64,000 bases of DNA from Clostridia bacterium (GTDB taxonomy: Bacteria > Bacillota > Clostridia > TANB77 > CAG-508). The stretch spans positions 1 to 64,000 of the forward strand of contig JAZUKI010000003.1 in the NCBI GenBank assembly GCA_045643205.1, given 5' to 3'. Each line of letters begins with the position of its first letter. Positions within the stretch are counted from its first letter, which is position 1. Of the stretch, positions 11,231 to 22,300 are shown piece after piece. The translations under genes and the position numbers were made by a program. The notes beneath the pieces were generated by a model. It was given only the letters and a program-made list of their open reading frames with translations, made no database searches and had not been told where the DNA came from.

Positions 11231-11301
11231 GTTTTTGGGGCTTTTTTTGTGTTTTTACAGCTTTTTTATTTTTTTTACTCGATTTTTTCAAAAAAATAGC
11301 T

Positions 11302-11348
11302 AAAAAAAGAGATAAAATCTTGGTTTTCCGCGATTTTATCTCTTTTTT
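11302..11348 (-). terminator. intrinsic terminator after the 2578-aa gene
   Basis: AAAAAAAGAGATAAAATC...GATTTTATCTCTTTTTT perfect stem with U-tract. Confidence 0.8.
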
Positions 11349-11356
11349 ATTTTAGT

Positions 11357-14300
11357 TTATTTATCATAAACCTTTTTCTTAATTATTACTGCACCTACTA
11401 ATACGATAATTGTTGCAATTGTTGTTGTAATAATTGTTAGTATCTTATTTCTGTATTCTGGACTACCTGTTGGAGGTAAGATTTGAATTTGTTGAGCACT
11501 GTCTGCATCAATTTCTTTTGGTTGTACTATCTTAGATGATGAATATGCATGGTGTTCTTGATCGCCTCTTGTTCCGCCACCGTCATTGATATCTTGGTTA
11601 GCCATTTCTTGGTTTCCAGAAATAGAGAATTGCATTCTTCTACCATATGAGTTTGAAGTTTCAATTACTTCAGCTAGGTTGTTATATGTTAAGTCTTCAC
11701 TATTTCCACTTGATGTTATTGATGTTGTAAGTATTAATGTTGTGTTATCAATATTGTGTCCTTCTAGTGATTTGTTGTTCTTTACATATAATGTTGGTAA
11801 TAAATTGTCATTCATATCCTTTGTAACAACGATTGTATTGTATGTAGATACTTCGTTTGCATATGTTCTTGTTACATAGTCTCTATTAATCTTATCATAT
11901 AAATTACCAACTGCATTTCTAGGAGTAATCTTGTTAATGAATCCATTGTTTGTACTTGGTACATCTTTGAATTCTGCATTAAATTCTGTATCAGTAATTT
12001 GAGCAATTACATTGTTTTTGAATGAATCTTCTGTAATTCTAGATTGCATTATTTCACTTGCTTTATATACATCCCAATGTGCATCTGAGTTTTGTTTTGC
12101 TGAATCATATGATGCGTCGTTTGGAACATAATCAATTACTCTTACAACTTTTGTTCTAACTGGTTCTGTAGCTGCTGCTGACTTTTTACCAAAGTAGTAG
12201 AAATCTCTATCTTGATAATCAATTTCACCAACGTTTTCTACTTGTAAGTGGTATGTTACGTTTATTGTAGCGCCGTTCATAATCTCATCATCCATTTCTG
12301 CTTTGATTAATTCTGGTTTAGCTTGTGTATCTAATGTTACTCTTACACTTTCAAGTGTAGGTCCATTTCCTTTATTACTATATGTAATTTCATGTTGACT
12401 ATGATCTTTAAACATTAAGTTCTTCATAGAAGTGTTAGCGTTGAACAAGGTTTGTCCGTCTGCTAATTTAATTTCAACATTTGATACTTCTTTAGTTAAT
12501 TTAACTTGTGCTTTTGGTCTTTCTACTAATCCTAAATCAACATTTTTTAAATGGTTTTCGTGTGTAGTATTTCCATATACAGTGTGTAATGATGTTAAAT
12601 TATCGCTATTTCCTGTTTCTGTATTGTTGTTTTTATCATTGATGCCTTCATATTCATTATTCATTGAAATAATACCTGTTTGTGCAACCATGTATGTGTT
12701 CTCGATTAATTCATTAATTAATGCTATTTGGGCTTTTGAGTTTGGTGTTCCATCTTTATTTTCTTGAGATGTTACTTTTTCAAATGAGTCTAATACTTCT
12801 GCTCTATAATTTAATAATGTTTTTTCACTTTCTGTTACACCTGTTGTATAACCTTGTGCGTAATCAATTCCACGTTGTCTGTATCCATATAAATCATTTG
12901 CATCTGATAGTCCTGGTAAGTTTTGTGTTGCCACTCTATCGTATCTCCACATAGTGTCATATGCATTTGAAATGTTTGTTCTTGGATTTGCCCCTTGAAC
13001 ATTTCTTGATGCATTCAAATCTCCACTATTGTTGATTGGTTGTCCAGCATAGTAAATTATACCGCTATTATATAATTGTTCTTTTGATCTTAATGTGTTG
13101 TTATTGTAATTATATGTACTTGCATAATCTTGTTTTGCTGTGTCTAGATAACCTGCTACTTGTTGATTGTTCTTCATTTTGTAGCTTATTGCATTTTGAT
13201 TTACTTGTTTATTTGTACTTACGTTTCTTTGATATACAGTTGATTTATAATCTTGTCCATTGTATGATTTTGCATTTAAACCTGCAGCTCCAACTAGTGT
13301 ATTTACTTCGTTTACGCCACTTGTTAATACTGTTCTAGTTGTATCACCATATATGAATCTTATTATGAAATCACCACTTGGTAATCCTGCGAAACAATAC
13401 TTACCATCTTCTTGTGGCTCATCAAATTTTGTTGGGTCACTATAAATTTGTGCTAAGTTACTTGTTGCGTTAAGGATGTACTTTGTTCCTTTGCCTGAAT
13501 AATATTGTGCACCTTGGTTTTGGCTTCCTGCTTTTAATTGATATTGATTATTTTTGTCTGAAGCTAATCCTGTATATTCGCATTCATCCCAAACTTTTTC
13601 GCCAATATATTGACCTGTAAATGTTCCGTCATAATCTACATCTTGTATTAATTCTACTAATTGTACTGTTACACCATTGATTTTCTTTTCGTTGTTGCTT
13701 CTTTCGCCATCGCCAATTGGTGAACCATCGCTGTTTACGTTTCTATCATCTTCAAATACATATCCAGAAATCTTTCTTACTTCATCATTGTCTAAGATTA
13801 ATCTTATTGATGGTGCTTTATCCATGTCTGGCTCAATTTGTGGTAGAGCTTCTTCGTTAGGCTCTCCTTTGTTTAGTTTTGGTCCATTTGGATTTCTTGT
13901 AATCTTTCTATATGAATTGTCTTTGAATTGCATTGACTTGTATTTACCGCCTTCAGTGTAAACAACTTCTACGTTACTGCTTCTGAAGTTTCCTGGATCA
14001 GAATATACATCTACCATACCTGCATTGAACATCTCAGGATTTGATTGATATGTTTCTTCTCCAACTTGTTTACCTTTTGCATCTAAGTATATTGCTTTTC
14101 CGCCTGTATACTTAACCATTCCTATTCCATATGGTGTATAGAATACTTTTTCATCTGCCATAGTAGCATCAGCTGGAATGTTTGCACTGTAATATGAAGA
14201 GTAACTATTTATTTCTGCAAAATTGTTTTTACCTATTGTAGGTAATTGATCTGCAAAGTCTCTTGTAATTTGGTCTAATTTTATTTGATTTGCAAATGTT

Positions 14301-17300
14301 TTGATGTTCTTATCTATTGAATTATTCTTTACTCTAAATGTTACGAATATTACTGTACCTTGTGATTTTGATAATGTGTATGAACATTGTTCATCTCCAT
14401 TTGCATCTTTTGTTATTACAGGAATTCCTTCTTCTGCTCCTGTTCCTCTAATATATAGAGTCTTTAGATGATATGGTTGTTTGTCATTATCTGCATCTGT
14501 ATTAGGTATGTAGAACTCTTCTTTTACGGCTAGGCCGTTTCCGTTTTTATCGTGTGTATATGCAGAACTTTCATAAATTCCGATATATTCTTTATCTGGA
14601 TTGTGTCCTAATGTATCTCTTAAGTTTGTTGCGTATGTGTATTTGCTTCTTTCTATGTTGCCATCTGTGTTTTCTGTATGTGTTTCTATTTGATATTTTC
14701 CGTTTGCATCAATTATTAAGTTACCTTTTGCATCTTTTACGCCATCAAATTCTAGATTGTCTGCATCATAGTAGTCTGCTATTTCGTTGATTTTTACTGC
14801 GTATGGAGATGTGTTATGGATATGAATTTTATATGTTAAGTATGCTTTGATATTCTTTGAATATTGTCCATTTCCATAAGCTATGTTTTCATCATATAAG
14901 TAATCTGATTTTCTAATCTCTCTATTATATGGTGTACCACCATCTAATGTTTTGTTTATTTTTTCTACATAGTCTGGTTCGAAGTTGTAATTATCGCTAT
15001 CAACAATTTTGTCTTTGTCTGCATAGTTATAAACTTCTTTCTTTCCGTTTACTACTAATGTAGCTTTGTATAAATCTTTTGTAAGTTCTACTTCATTATT
15101 TTCTCTTTGATATGTACCAAAGTTCCAGCAATGACGCAAATCAAATTCTTTGTTATATAAGTTAATGTATACTTCACGTGGTGGTTCATAATAGTGATCT
15201 ATATCATGAACTTCTTCATGTGCTTCTACTTCCCATACTAGATACCACTCTGGGTATGTTGTTGTTTCTGGTCCTGGAGGATTAGGCGTATCAGGTTCAC
15301 CTGTGCCTGGATTATCTTCAGGTGGTGGAGGTGGATAAACAGGGATATCATCTGGCCCAGCAGCTATTTTTATTGGTTCACTTATGTCTGAATTTATATT
15401 TAGAGATGCCAATTTAATATCTTTACTTTCGCCTGTTTTTGGATATTCTATATGAACATATTTTTCACCTTTATATTCATATTCATATATTGTAGTTCCT
15501 TCTTCAAATTTTGTTGTAGGTTGTAAACCTAATTTTTTAATAATTGCTTTCAATGCTTCTGGAATATCTGTAGGGTATATAACATTTGGATTTGGATTTT
15601 CTACCCATCTTTCTTTTAAGTTTAATCTCCATTTTACGTATTTATCCATATATGTTTTTCCCATATCTTTTAAGCAGAATGTTGCTTGTTCTGGGAATGT
15701 TTTTAAATTGGTTTCTCCCATATTTCTTCCATATACAGTTAAGTCTGGTGTGTATGGAACTGATGCTTCTATCATGCAATCTTGAAGATAATGTTTAACA
15801 CTATCACTTAATCCTGAATAATTATAATCTACTGGATATTGTGCTACTTCTTGTTCAGGTAATTTTGCTGGATATTCCCACTGCTTATCTATATCGCTTG
15901 ATACAATTTCACCATTATTTTCATTAATTGGTTCATCTAATTTATTGCCTGGATTATGGTAGAATTGATAATCAATTGATTCTTTAATTAATTCAGCATG
16001 AGTATTGTTTTTTATAAATAAATTATATTGTTCTTCAAAAGTATCTAAATTTGCATTGAAGTTTGGATTGTCTATTGCTTCTTGAACAACATGTTTTAAT
16101 CCATATGCTCTTCCTGTATATGAATAATTTTGATTTAATGTTCCATTGCAGCCTGCATATCTTTGTCCTGCATATGTATAGTTGTTTTCACTTGAGTAAA
16201 TGTCTGTAAAACGAGTATTAAATTCTGTTCTATGTTCATCTACTGCTTTTGATGTGTAATCTTTATATTCTCCGTATGAAGAATCCATTCCAGTATTATA
16301 TAATGTTTGTGTATATAATTGTCCATTATATACAAATTTTACAAAATACTTTCTTAATGGATTTATTAATGGTGTATTATCTGCTATCTTGCCATAGAAT
16401 CTATAGTCACCATTTTTATCTGTGAATGTACTTGTTATATACGTTCCTACTTTATCAATATCGTCATCTGTAATAAATAGATTTCTTTGTGGTTCTTTAT
16501 AATTAATCTTACATTCATAAAGATCAACTTTCATTCCTTGGAAACTCTCTTCATTAAGAATGTCTCTCCAGCCATCCACGCTGTTTTGTCCTAAGCCTTT
16601 GACAGCTATTGATTCTTTCCAGACGTTTCCGCCAAATGCTTCTGCTATTTTTGTTTTTGGCATTGCAAATTTTTCAATTTCTATTTTTGTACCAAATTTA
16701 TATATGTCTGTATCATCTTCTGTTTCGAGCGTTACAAAAGACTGCATATATGCTTTTAATTTTGTTATATTAGCTTGTAACTTTTCTGCTTGATGACGTT
16801 CTGGAGTGCTAGCTCTTCCAAATGTTTCATCATATGGAAACCAAACTGTATATTCTGATATATCACCACCACCTAGTTTATATTCAAAATCATGTTCTCC
16901 TGCTTGTCCTAAGCTTTCCCATAATTCTAATCTTTTTCCATAAGATGCATATTCTAAGGCAAGTTGCCAACCTGTGTTTTGAGTTCTGTATCTAAATCCA
17001 TATGTACTAGCCGGATCATACTCAGTTCCATCCTCTTTTTTATATGAGTGATTTGTATTTCCACCATAAATTTCTACAATTTCCCATGAAGCATTATCTA
17101 AACTATCATGTGTTACATCTTCATATCTTGTATATGGTTCAGAAGTTGTAGGTTTACTTGGTTTTGTATATGTATTGGTTCCTGCATTAGCAGGCGAATT
17201 ACCTGTATTAATTTTACCATTTTTTAATACAAAGTTGTTTACTTGGTCTGCTGAAAGAGACGCATATCTATATCTATATACTGTTTGATTTTGTGTCCAA

Positions 17301-19093
17301 GTATCAACCTTCTCCTCATGTGATTCTATTATTTCTATTATGTTACCATAGCTATCATATTTAGCTTTATCAATAATTGTTTTTTTCTTTGTACTATAGG
17401 ATGTAATTGTTGCTTTTTCTTTTACTATTCCGTAAAATCCTTGTAATTTCATTTCTTTTTTTAGTGGAAATTGGTAATTCTTTTTATGTACGTCTAGATA
17501 ATCTGTATCTTCAGGTCCATTCATTCCCGCATATGAAAAAGGTGTAGTCATATCGCTCTCTCCACCCATTCCTAATACATATAAGTTTGGATAATAATTA
17601 TCTAAATAATAATTTTTTTCCTCTACACCTTCATCTTTATAAGTGTAGGGATTACTTTTTCCATATGAAAACAAACTATTTTTTATTATAGATCTTGTTT
17701 GTGCATTATATACAACAGTATAATCTGGACGATAGATATATCCTAAATTTGAGTACCATGTAATTGGCTTGTTTCCTGTAACTTCATTACCCTCTCCTGA
17801 ACTTATTCTATTCCATATAACATAAAAATCAAATGAATTTTCAAGAGCATGAAAGATTTGGTCAGGATTTTGGCCATAATAACTATAAGATGGAGGAATT
17901 ATTGTTATTTGTCCTGATTTAGATCTAATAATACCATATAATCCTTTTCCTTCAAAAGATCCTTCTTGCCTATGCTCCTTATAATTTACATATGCTCCAT
18001 ATTTTATTTTAAGATCAAACATACTATCATCTGCAGTTCCTAAATTTATAATTGCACCTTCTTTTGCTGGATAAAATTTAATAAAGAAATTGTTTTCATC
18101 ACTAGTTGTATTATTAAATTTAGGAAAATCAACAGGTTGTCCATTCTTATCAACTAAAATAGTGCTGTAAGAATTATTATCTGTACTATTACCTGTTATA
18201 TTATATTTTAATTTATTCTTTGTTGCATCACTAATTCCATTTTTTATAAATTTTTCATTTAATGTTTTGTGTATTGTTAAATAGCTTTCAATATATGCTT
18301 CACTATTTTCAAATTCTACACTATTATCATAATCTATATATTTTTCATGTCCCTGCTGCATAATTTCTTTCATTAAATATTGAATAGCCTCATCTGAAGC
18401 ATCTGTATTTAATTTTAATTGAAATGGTCCGTATATATACGTTCCGTCATTTTGATCAACAAATAAACTTGATTTACTATTTTCAATCTTAAATACCGAT
18501 TTATTCTCTCCAATTGTTTTTTCAAAAATTTCCTCATACACTTTTCTAAATCTTTTTACTTCAATTGGTATTAAATCATCTAATTCTCCAATCCATGAAG
18601 CTTGAGCTTTGATTCCATCAGTTCTATCCAGTAATTCATTAGTTCCAGCTACATCATCTTTTGCATCCCATATTAATCTTTGAAAATCTTTCCACGATTC
18701 TTCTGTTCCACCCAAATTTGCAGGTGTTATTCCGATACTTAAAGCATAAGCTAACTGAGGATTAATATCATCAGTTTTATAAGTATAATTACATTCACTT
18801 GTATCTGGTGAACCTGTTGTAGGAATTCCTTCCTCTAAATTTACCATTATTGGAGGGTATCCTAATTTATTGCAAAAAAACATATTCTCCATATCTTTGC
18901 ATTCATAATTTAAATAGCTTACATATTGTAAATTTGGATAACCTTGTTCTGCAACGCCTCCACCTGTTTTTCCATTGTAATATGTATCAATAATAGACCA
19001 ACCATCCAATGCTTTAACCTTATTGTTGCATAAAAAGGCTATAAAACAAATTGCTATAACAATTAAAATTCTAATAATATTTTTCTTTAGCAT
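11357..19093 (-). CDS. giant wall-anchored surface adhesin, A-type (putative thioester domain, SdrD-B-like repeats, Pro-rich linker)
   Basis: 2578 aa. Signal peptide; FFC74, FQRLIW, YGPF and MQ784SFV motifs; FGGNVWKE and ISGYVFED domain starts; YNGQDYKST motif shared with 518..6460; LPPTG, TM helix and KKK tail. Confidence 0.8.
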   Translation of the reverse strand: MLKKNIIRILIVIAICFIAFLCNNKVKALDGWSIIDTYYNGKTGGGVAEQGYPNLQYVSYLNYECKDMENMFFCNKLGYPPIMVNLEEGIPTTGSPDTSECNYTYKTDDINPQLAYALSIGITPANLGGTEESWKDFQRLIWDAKDDVAGTNELLDRTDGIKAQASWIGELDDLIPIEVKRFRKVYEEIFEKTIGENKSVFKIENSKSSLFVDQNDGTYIYGPFQLKLNTDASDEAIQYLMKEIMQQGHEKYIDYDNSVEFENSEAYIESYLTIHKTLNEKFIKNGISDATKNKLKYNITGNSTDNNSYSTILVDKNGQPVDFPKFNNTTSDENNFFIKFYPAKEGAIINLGTADDSMFDLKIKYGAYVNYKEHRQEGSFEGKGLYGIIRSKSGQITIIPPSYSYYGQNPDQIFHALENSFDFYVIWNRISSGEGNEVTGNKPITWYSNLGYIYRPDYTVVYNAQTRSIIKNSLFSYGKSNPYTYKDEGVEEKNYYLDNYYPNLYVLGMGGESDMTTPFSYAGMNGPEDTDYLDVHKKNYQFPLKKEMKLQGFYGIVKEKATITSYSTKKKTIIDKAKYDSYGNIIEIIESHEEKVDTWTQNQTVYRYRYASLSADQVNNFVLKNGKINTGNSPANAGTNTYTKPSKPTTSEPYTRYEDVTHDSLDNASWEIVEIYGGNTNHSYKKEDGTEYDPASTYGFRYRTQNTGWQLALEYASYGKRLELWESLGQAGEHDFEYKLGGGDISEYTVWFPYDETFGRASTPERHQAEKLQANITKLKAYMQSFVTLETEDDTDIYKFGTKIEIEKFAMPKTKIAEAFGGNVWKESIAVKGLGQNSVDGWRDILNEESFQGMKVDLYECKINYKEPQRNLFITDDDIDKVGTYITSTFTDKNGDYRFYGKIADNTPLINPLRKYFVKFVYNGQLYTQTLYNTGMDSSYGEYKDYTSKAVDEHRTEFNTRFTDIYSSENNYTYAGQRYAGCNGTLNQNYSYTGRAYGLKHVVQEAIDNPNFNANLDTFEEQYNLFIKNNTHAELIKESIDYQFYHNPGNKLDEPINENNGEIVSSDIDKQWEYPAKLPEQEVAQYPVDYNYSGLSDSVKHYLQDCMIEASVPYTPDLTVYGRNMGETNLKTFPEQATFCLKDMGKTYMDKYVKWRLNLKERWVENPNPNVIYPTDIPEALKAIIKKLGLQPTTKFEEGTTIYEYEYKGEKYVHIEYPKTGESKDIKLASLNINSDISEPIKIAAGPDDIPVYPPPPPEDNPGTGEPDTPNPPGPETTTYPEWYLVWEVEAHEEVHDIDHYYEPPREVYINLYNKEFDLRHCWNFGTYQRENNEVELTKDLYKATLVVNGKKEVYNYADKDKIVDSDNYNFEPDYVEKINKTLDGGTPYNREIRKSDYLYDENIAYGNGQYSKNIKAYLTYKIHIHNTSPYAVKINEIADYYDADNLEFDGVKDAKGNLIIDANGKYQIETHTENTDGNIERSKYTYATNLRDTLGHNPDKEYIGIYESSAYTHDKNGNGLAVKEEFYIPNTDADNDKQPYHLKTLYIRGTGAEEGIPVITKDANGDEQCSYTLSKSQGTVIFVTFRVKNNSIDKNIKTFANQIKLDQITRDFADQLPTIGKNNFAEINSYSSYYSANIPADATMADEKVFYTPYGIGMVKYTGGKAIYLDAKGKQVGEETYQSNPEMFNAGMVDVYSDPGNFRSSNVEVVYTEGGKYKSMQFKDNSYRKITRNPNGPKLNKGEPNEEALPQIEPDMDKAPSIRLILDNDEVRKISGYVFEDDRNVNSDGSPIGDGERSNNEKKINGVTVQLVELIQDVDYDGTFTGQYIGEKVWDECEYTGLASDKNNQYQLKAGSQNQGAQYYSGKGTKYILNATSNLAQIYSDPTKFDEPQEDGKYCFAGLPSGDFIIRFIYGDTTRTVLTSGVNEVNTLVGAAGLNAKSYNGQDYKSTVYQRNVSTNKQVNQNAISYKMKNNQQVAGYLDTAKQDYASTYNYNNNTLRSKEQLYNSGIIYYAGQPINNSGDLNASRNVQGANPRTNISNAYDTMWRYDRVATQNLPGLSDANDLYGYRQRGIDYAQGYTTGVTESEKTLLNYRAEVLDSFEKVTSQENKDGTPNSKAQIALINELIENTYMVAQTGIISMNNEYEGINDKNNNTETGNSDNLTSLHTVYGNTTHENHLKNVDLGLVERPKAQVKLTKEVSNVEIKLADGQTLFNANTSMKNLMFKDHSQHEITYSNKGNGPTLESVRVTLDTQAKPELIKAEMDDEIMNGATINVTYHLQVENVGEIDYQDRDFYYFGKKSAAATEPVRTKVVRVIDYVPNDASYDSAKQNSDAHWDVYKASEIMQSRITEDSFKNNVIAQITDTEFNAEFKDVPSTNNGFINKITPRNAVGNLYDKINRDYVTRTYANEVSTYNTIVVTKDMNDNLLPTLYVKNNKSLEGHNIDNTTLILTTSITSSGNSEDLTYNNLAEVIETSNSYGRRMQFSISGNQEMANQDINDGGGTRGDQEHHAYSSSKIVQPKEIDADSAQQIQILPPTGSPEYRNKILTIITTTIATIIVLVGAVIIKKKVYDK

Positions 19094-19258
19094 AATATTT
19101 TCCCCTTTTTTACATAATTCTTTTCATGCTATATTATAAATATATATAAATACAATCATACTTATTTTTTATGTTTAATAATATTAATTATGTAATATTA
19201 CTTTAATAATTTTGCTTCTTTAGCTTTATTTCGTAGGGGTAAGTCATTATATAGGAAT

Positions 19259-19310
19259 AAAAAATCCTTTCACCGCTAAACTTTTTCGTTTAACAATGAA
19301 AGGATTTTTT
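19259..19310 (-). terminator. intrinsic terminator after the 1622-aa gene
   Basis: AAAAAATCCTTTCA...TGAAAGGATTTTTT inverted repeat. Confidence 0.75.
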
Positions 19311-19337
19311 GTTTTTATACTATTTAAAAATTTATTC

Positions 19338-22300
19338 TTATACTATTTTATTTTTTCTTTTATTTTTAATAAATACTATTATAACTGCTCCAAAAGATAA
19401 TGCACCAAAGATTATTCCTGCCACTCTAATTATTTGTCCTCCAGTTGAAAGTGCAATTATAACTAATGCTTCTGAATAATCGTTTTCACTTGAATCTTTG
19501 TTTCCTGCTTTTGAATTAATATCTTCTATTCCCTGAATATTATATATTTCTCCAATCTCTGCAGAATTTTTAATAATTCCAGTTTGTTCAGCAGTTATTT
19601 CTTTTCTTAATTTTAATTTCAATTCTTTTTGTGTTTGTCCTTTTATTAATGTGTTTGTTAAAGTACTATTGTATGCACATCCATCTGCTTTAACATACCA
19701 TCCTGGATTGTCTTCTTGATTAAAAGTCATTCCTTTTGGTATATAGTCAACTACTGATTTTGCATATCCATCAACATACCCAACATTTTTTACCACCAAA
19801 GAATATTCAACTACTAAGTAATATTTAATACCTTTTTCATTTGAAATTTCTACTTTTGCAATATCGCTATTATAATTATAATTTGCATTTTTTCCATTTG
19901 ATGTTGATACTGAAACACTAGTTACATTTTTTTCTAATGCCATATCAAAAGTATTTCTTGGTATTAATGAAATATCAATTGCATAAATATTTGAATTTTG
20001 TACAAGTATATTATCAGTTGCTCCAACTGTTTCATTTTCAAAAACAGTTTCTATGAAATCATTATTTAAGTCATCTGCGACATTCCTATTTCTATAATCA
20101 CCGCATCCATATTTTTCAGAATCATAATATGCAATAACAACATAACTTCCAATTGGAATGTTAGTGAAAATATATTCTCCATTATTATTAGTTGTTGTTA
20201 TTATTTCTTTACCCGAATCATCAACTACTACTTTATTTGTTTTGTTATCAACTAATTTCATTCTAATATTTGAAATTTTTTGTTCTGTATCTTCTCTTTT
20301 TCCATTATTATTTGCATCTAACCAAGCTGTTCCTGATATATTATATTTTCCATCAATGATTGGATCATTGATATTTACAAACTCACCTGTTCCAGTAATG
20401 TTTATAGTTATTGGATTTATTGCTATTTTTACCCCATTACATGAAGCTTCTGGTTCATGTGTTAAATTAATTTTTTCACCTTTTGCTTGTGTTTTTATTC
20501 CACATTTAATTCTTACTTCTACATAATCTTCTGCATTTAACTCAGCTACATAATCAATTAAATTTACATTTTGATGTTTTGAAACTTCTTTGTTGTTTAT
20601 TAAAATTTTATATTCTTTTATTATAAAATTATCATTTAATCTATCATAGATTTTTACTCTTCTTAAAGCATCCCAATGATTTTTTATTATAATATTAAAA
20701 TCAAATGTATCTGTGTCTTTTAATTGGTTTGATGGTGTACTTATTGTATGTGATACTTCAAAATTTCTAGCTGCACCTGCAACTGTAATTTTTATATTAT
20801 TAAAATCTTCTATCTTTTCATTTTCATATACACTTGCTTTTAATTCAGGTGTGCCATATTTAGCTGTTTTTAAATTTAATCTAATTTCATTTGATAAATA
20901 ATATGCTTTTAGTTCATCAATCTTAATTGAGTATTCTCTTGTATTTGAATTGTATGAATATGTTAATCCATTTCCATTTAGTTTATCATTTTCTTCTGTA
21001 TCATATTCTACCTCTGCAGGTAATTTGTCTTTGATTTCAAGATTTTTCTTATCTACTCCTGTTAAGTTACGTATAAATAAAATTTGTTGGAATTTATCAC
21101 CTATTCCAATTTCACCTTGTTCATCTGGTGAATAGGTAATACATGATACTTGTCTCATCTTGACTGGATTCTTATATTCTTCGGCTTTAAATTCCACTTC
21201 ATCATCTTCATATATATTAACATTGAATTTGGTATATATTGCATCATTTTCTGGATTGTCGTCTTCTAAATTAATTGAATTTTCTTCATAATCTCTAATA
21301 GCATTTACCATTAAGTATTGAGTAATAGTTTTTGTTTCTGATGCTTTTATCAAAGTAATTTCTTCTGTAATATCTTCCATGTCATAATAATGATTTATCT
21401 TATCTTTTGTTACTTCAATATGTAAATAGTGATCTGTTAATTCTGTAACAGCTTTAACATTACTAATATCTCTATTAGAAGTATTTGTTATTTCAATGTT
21501 TAATTTTACATATGCGCCTTCATCAATTTCTTCGTTGTTTTTTATTTCTTTATTTTTAACCATATCTATTGTTTTAATTTTTACTGAGAAATCTGATTCT
21601 GGCTTTGTTGATAATCCTACTGGTTTAGCTTCTATTGAAGAATATTTTTCTCCATTTATTGCATTATTATCATATAGTAAAGTAAATGTTTCTTTTGCAT
21701 GTTCATTATATGTTATATCACTTGGTGTACTTACTCTGTAACTAAATTCTTTTTTATCTCCATTTCCAAATGAATCTAAGAATTCAATTTTATATGATTT
21801 TGCATCTTCTGTTTTTGTTTCTGACCAATTATTTGAATTAATAGGTTCATTTGCATTTTGGCTGTAATATGCTTTATATGTTCCGTTTGGATTTTCTTCT
21901 GTTTTTTCGCTTTCGCCTTTAACTGTTATTTCTCCAACAACTTTTGTATCGAATGTTCCATTTAATTGTGTTCCTAAATAAGAATTAGAATCTTTAGATG
22001 GGAAGTTTCCAACTATTATTGCATTGTTTACATCAGTTCCTTGGTTGTTAACAATTGTTCCACAAACATCTGCATATTTTTCATTGCTGTATAGTGGTAA
22101 TGTTATATCTTCTACTTCTTCTTCAATTGTTGATCTTGTTTCTTTAAAATAATTTTTATCGCCTGTTCCATTGTTGTTTGTTGGACTTACTACATCCATT
22201 TTATTTTGAATAATAAATTCTGATGGTGCAACTACTTTAAACGCTTTATTCAATGTTGTTAATAATCCTGTGTTTTCATTATAAACCTCAAGTTTCATTG

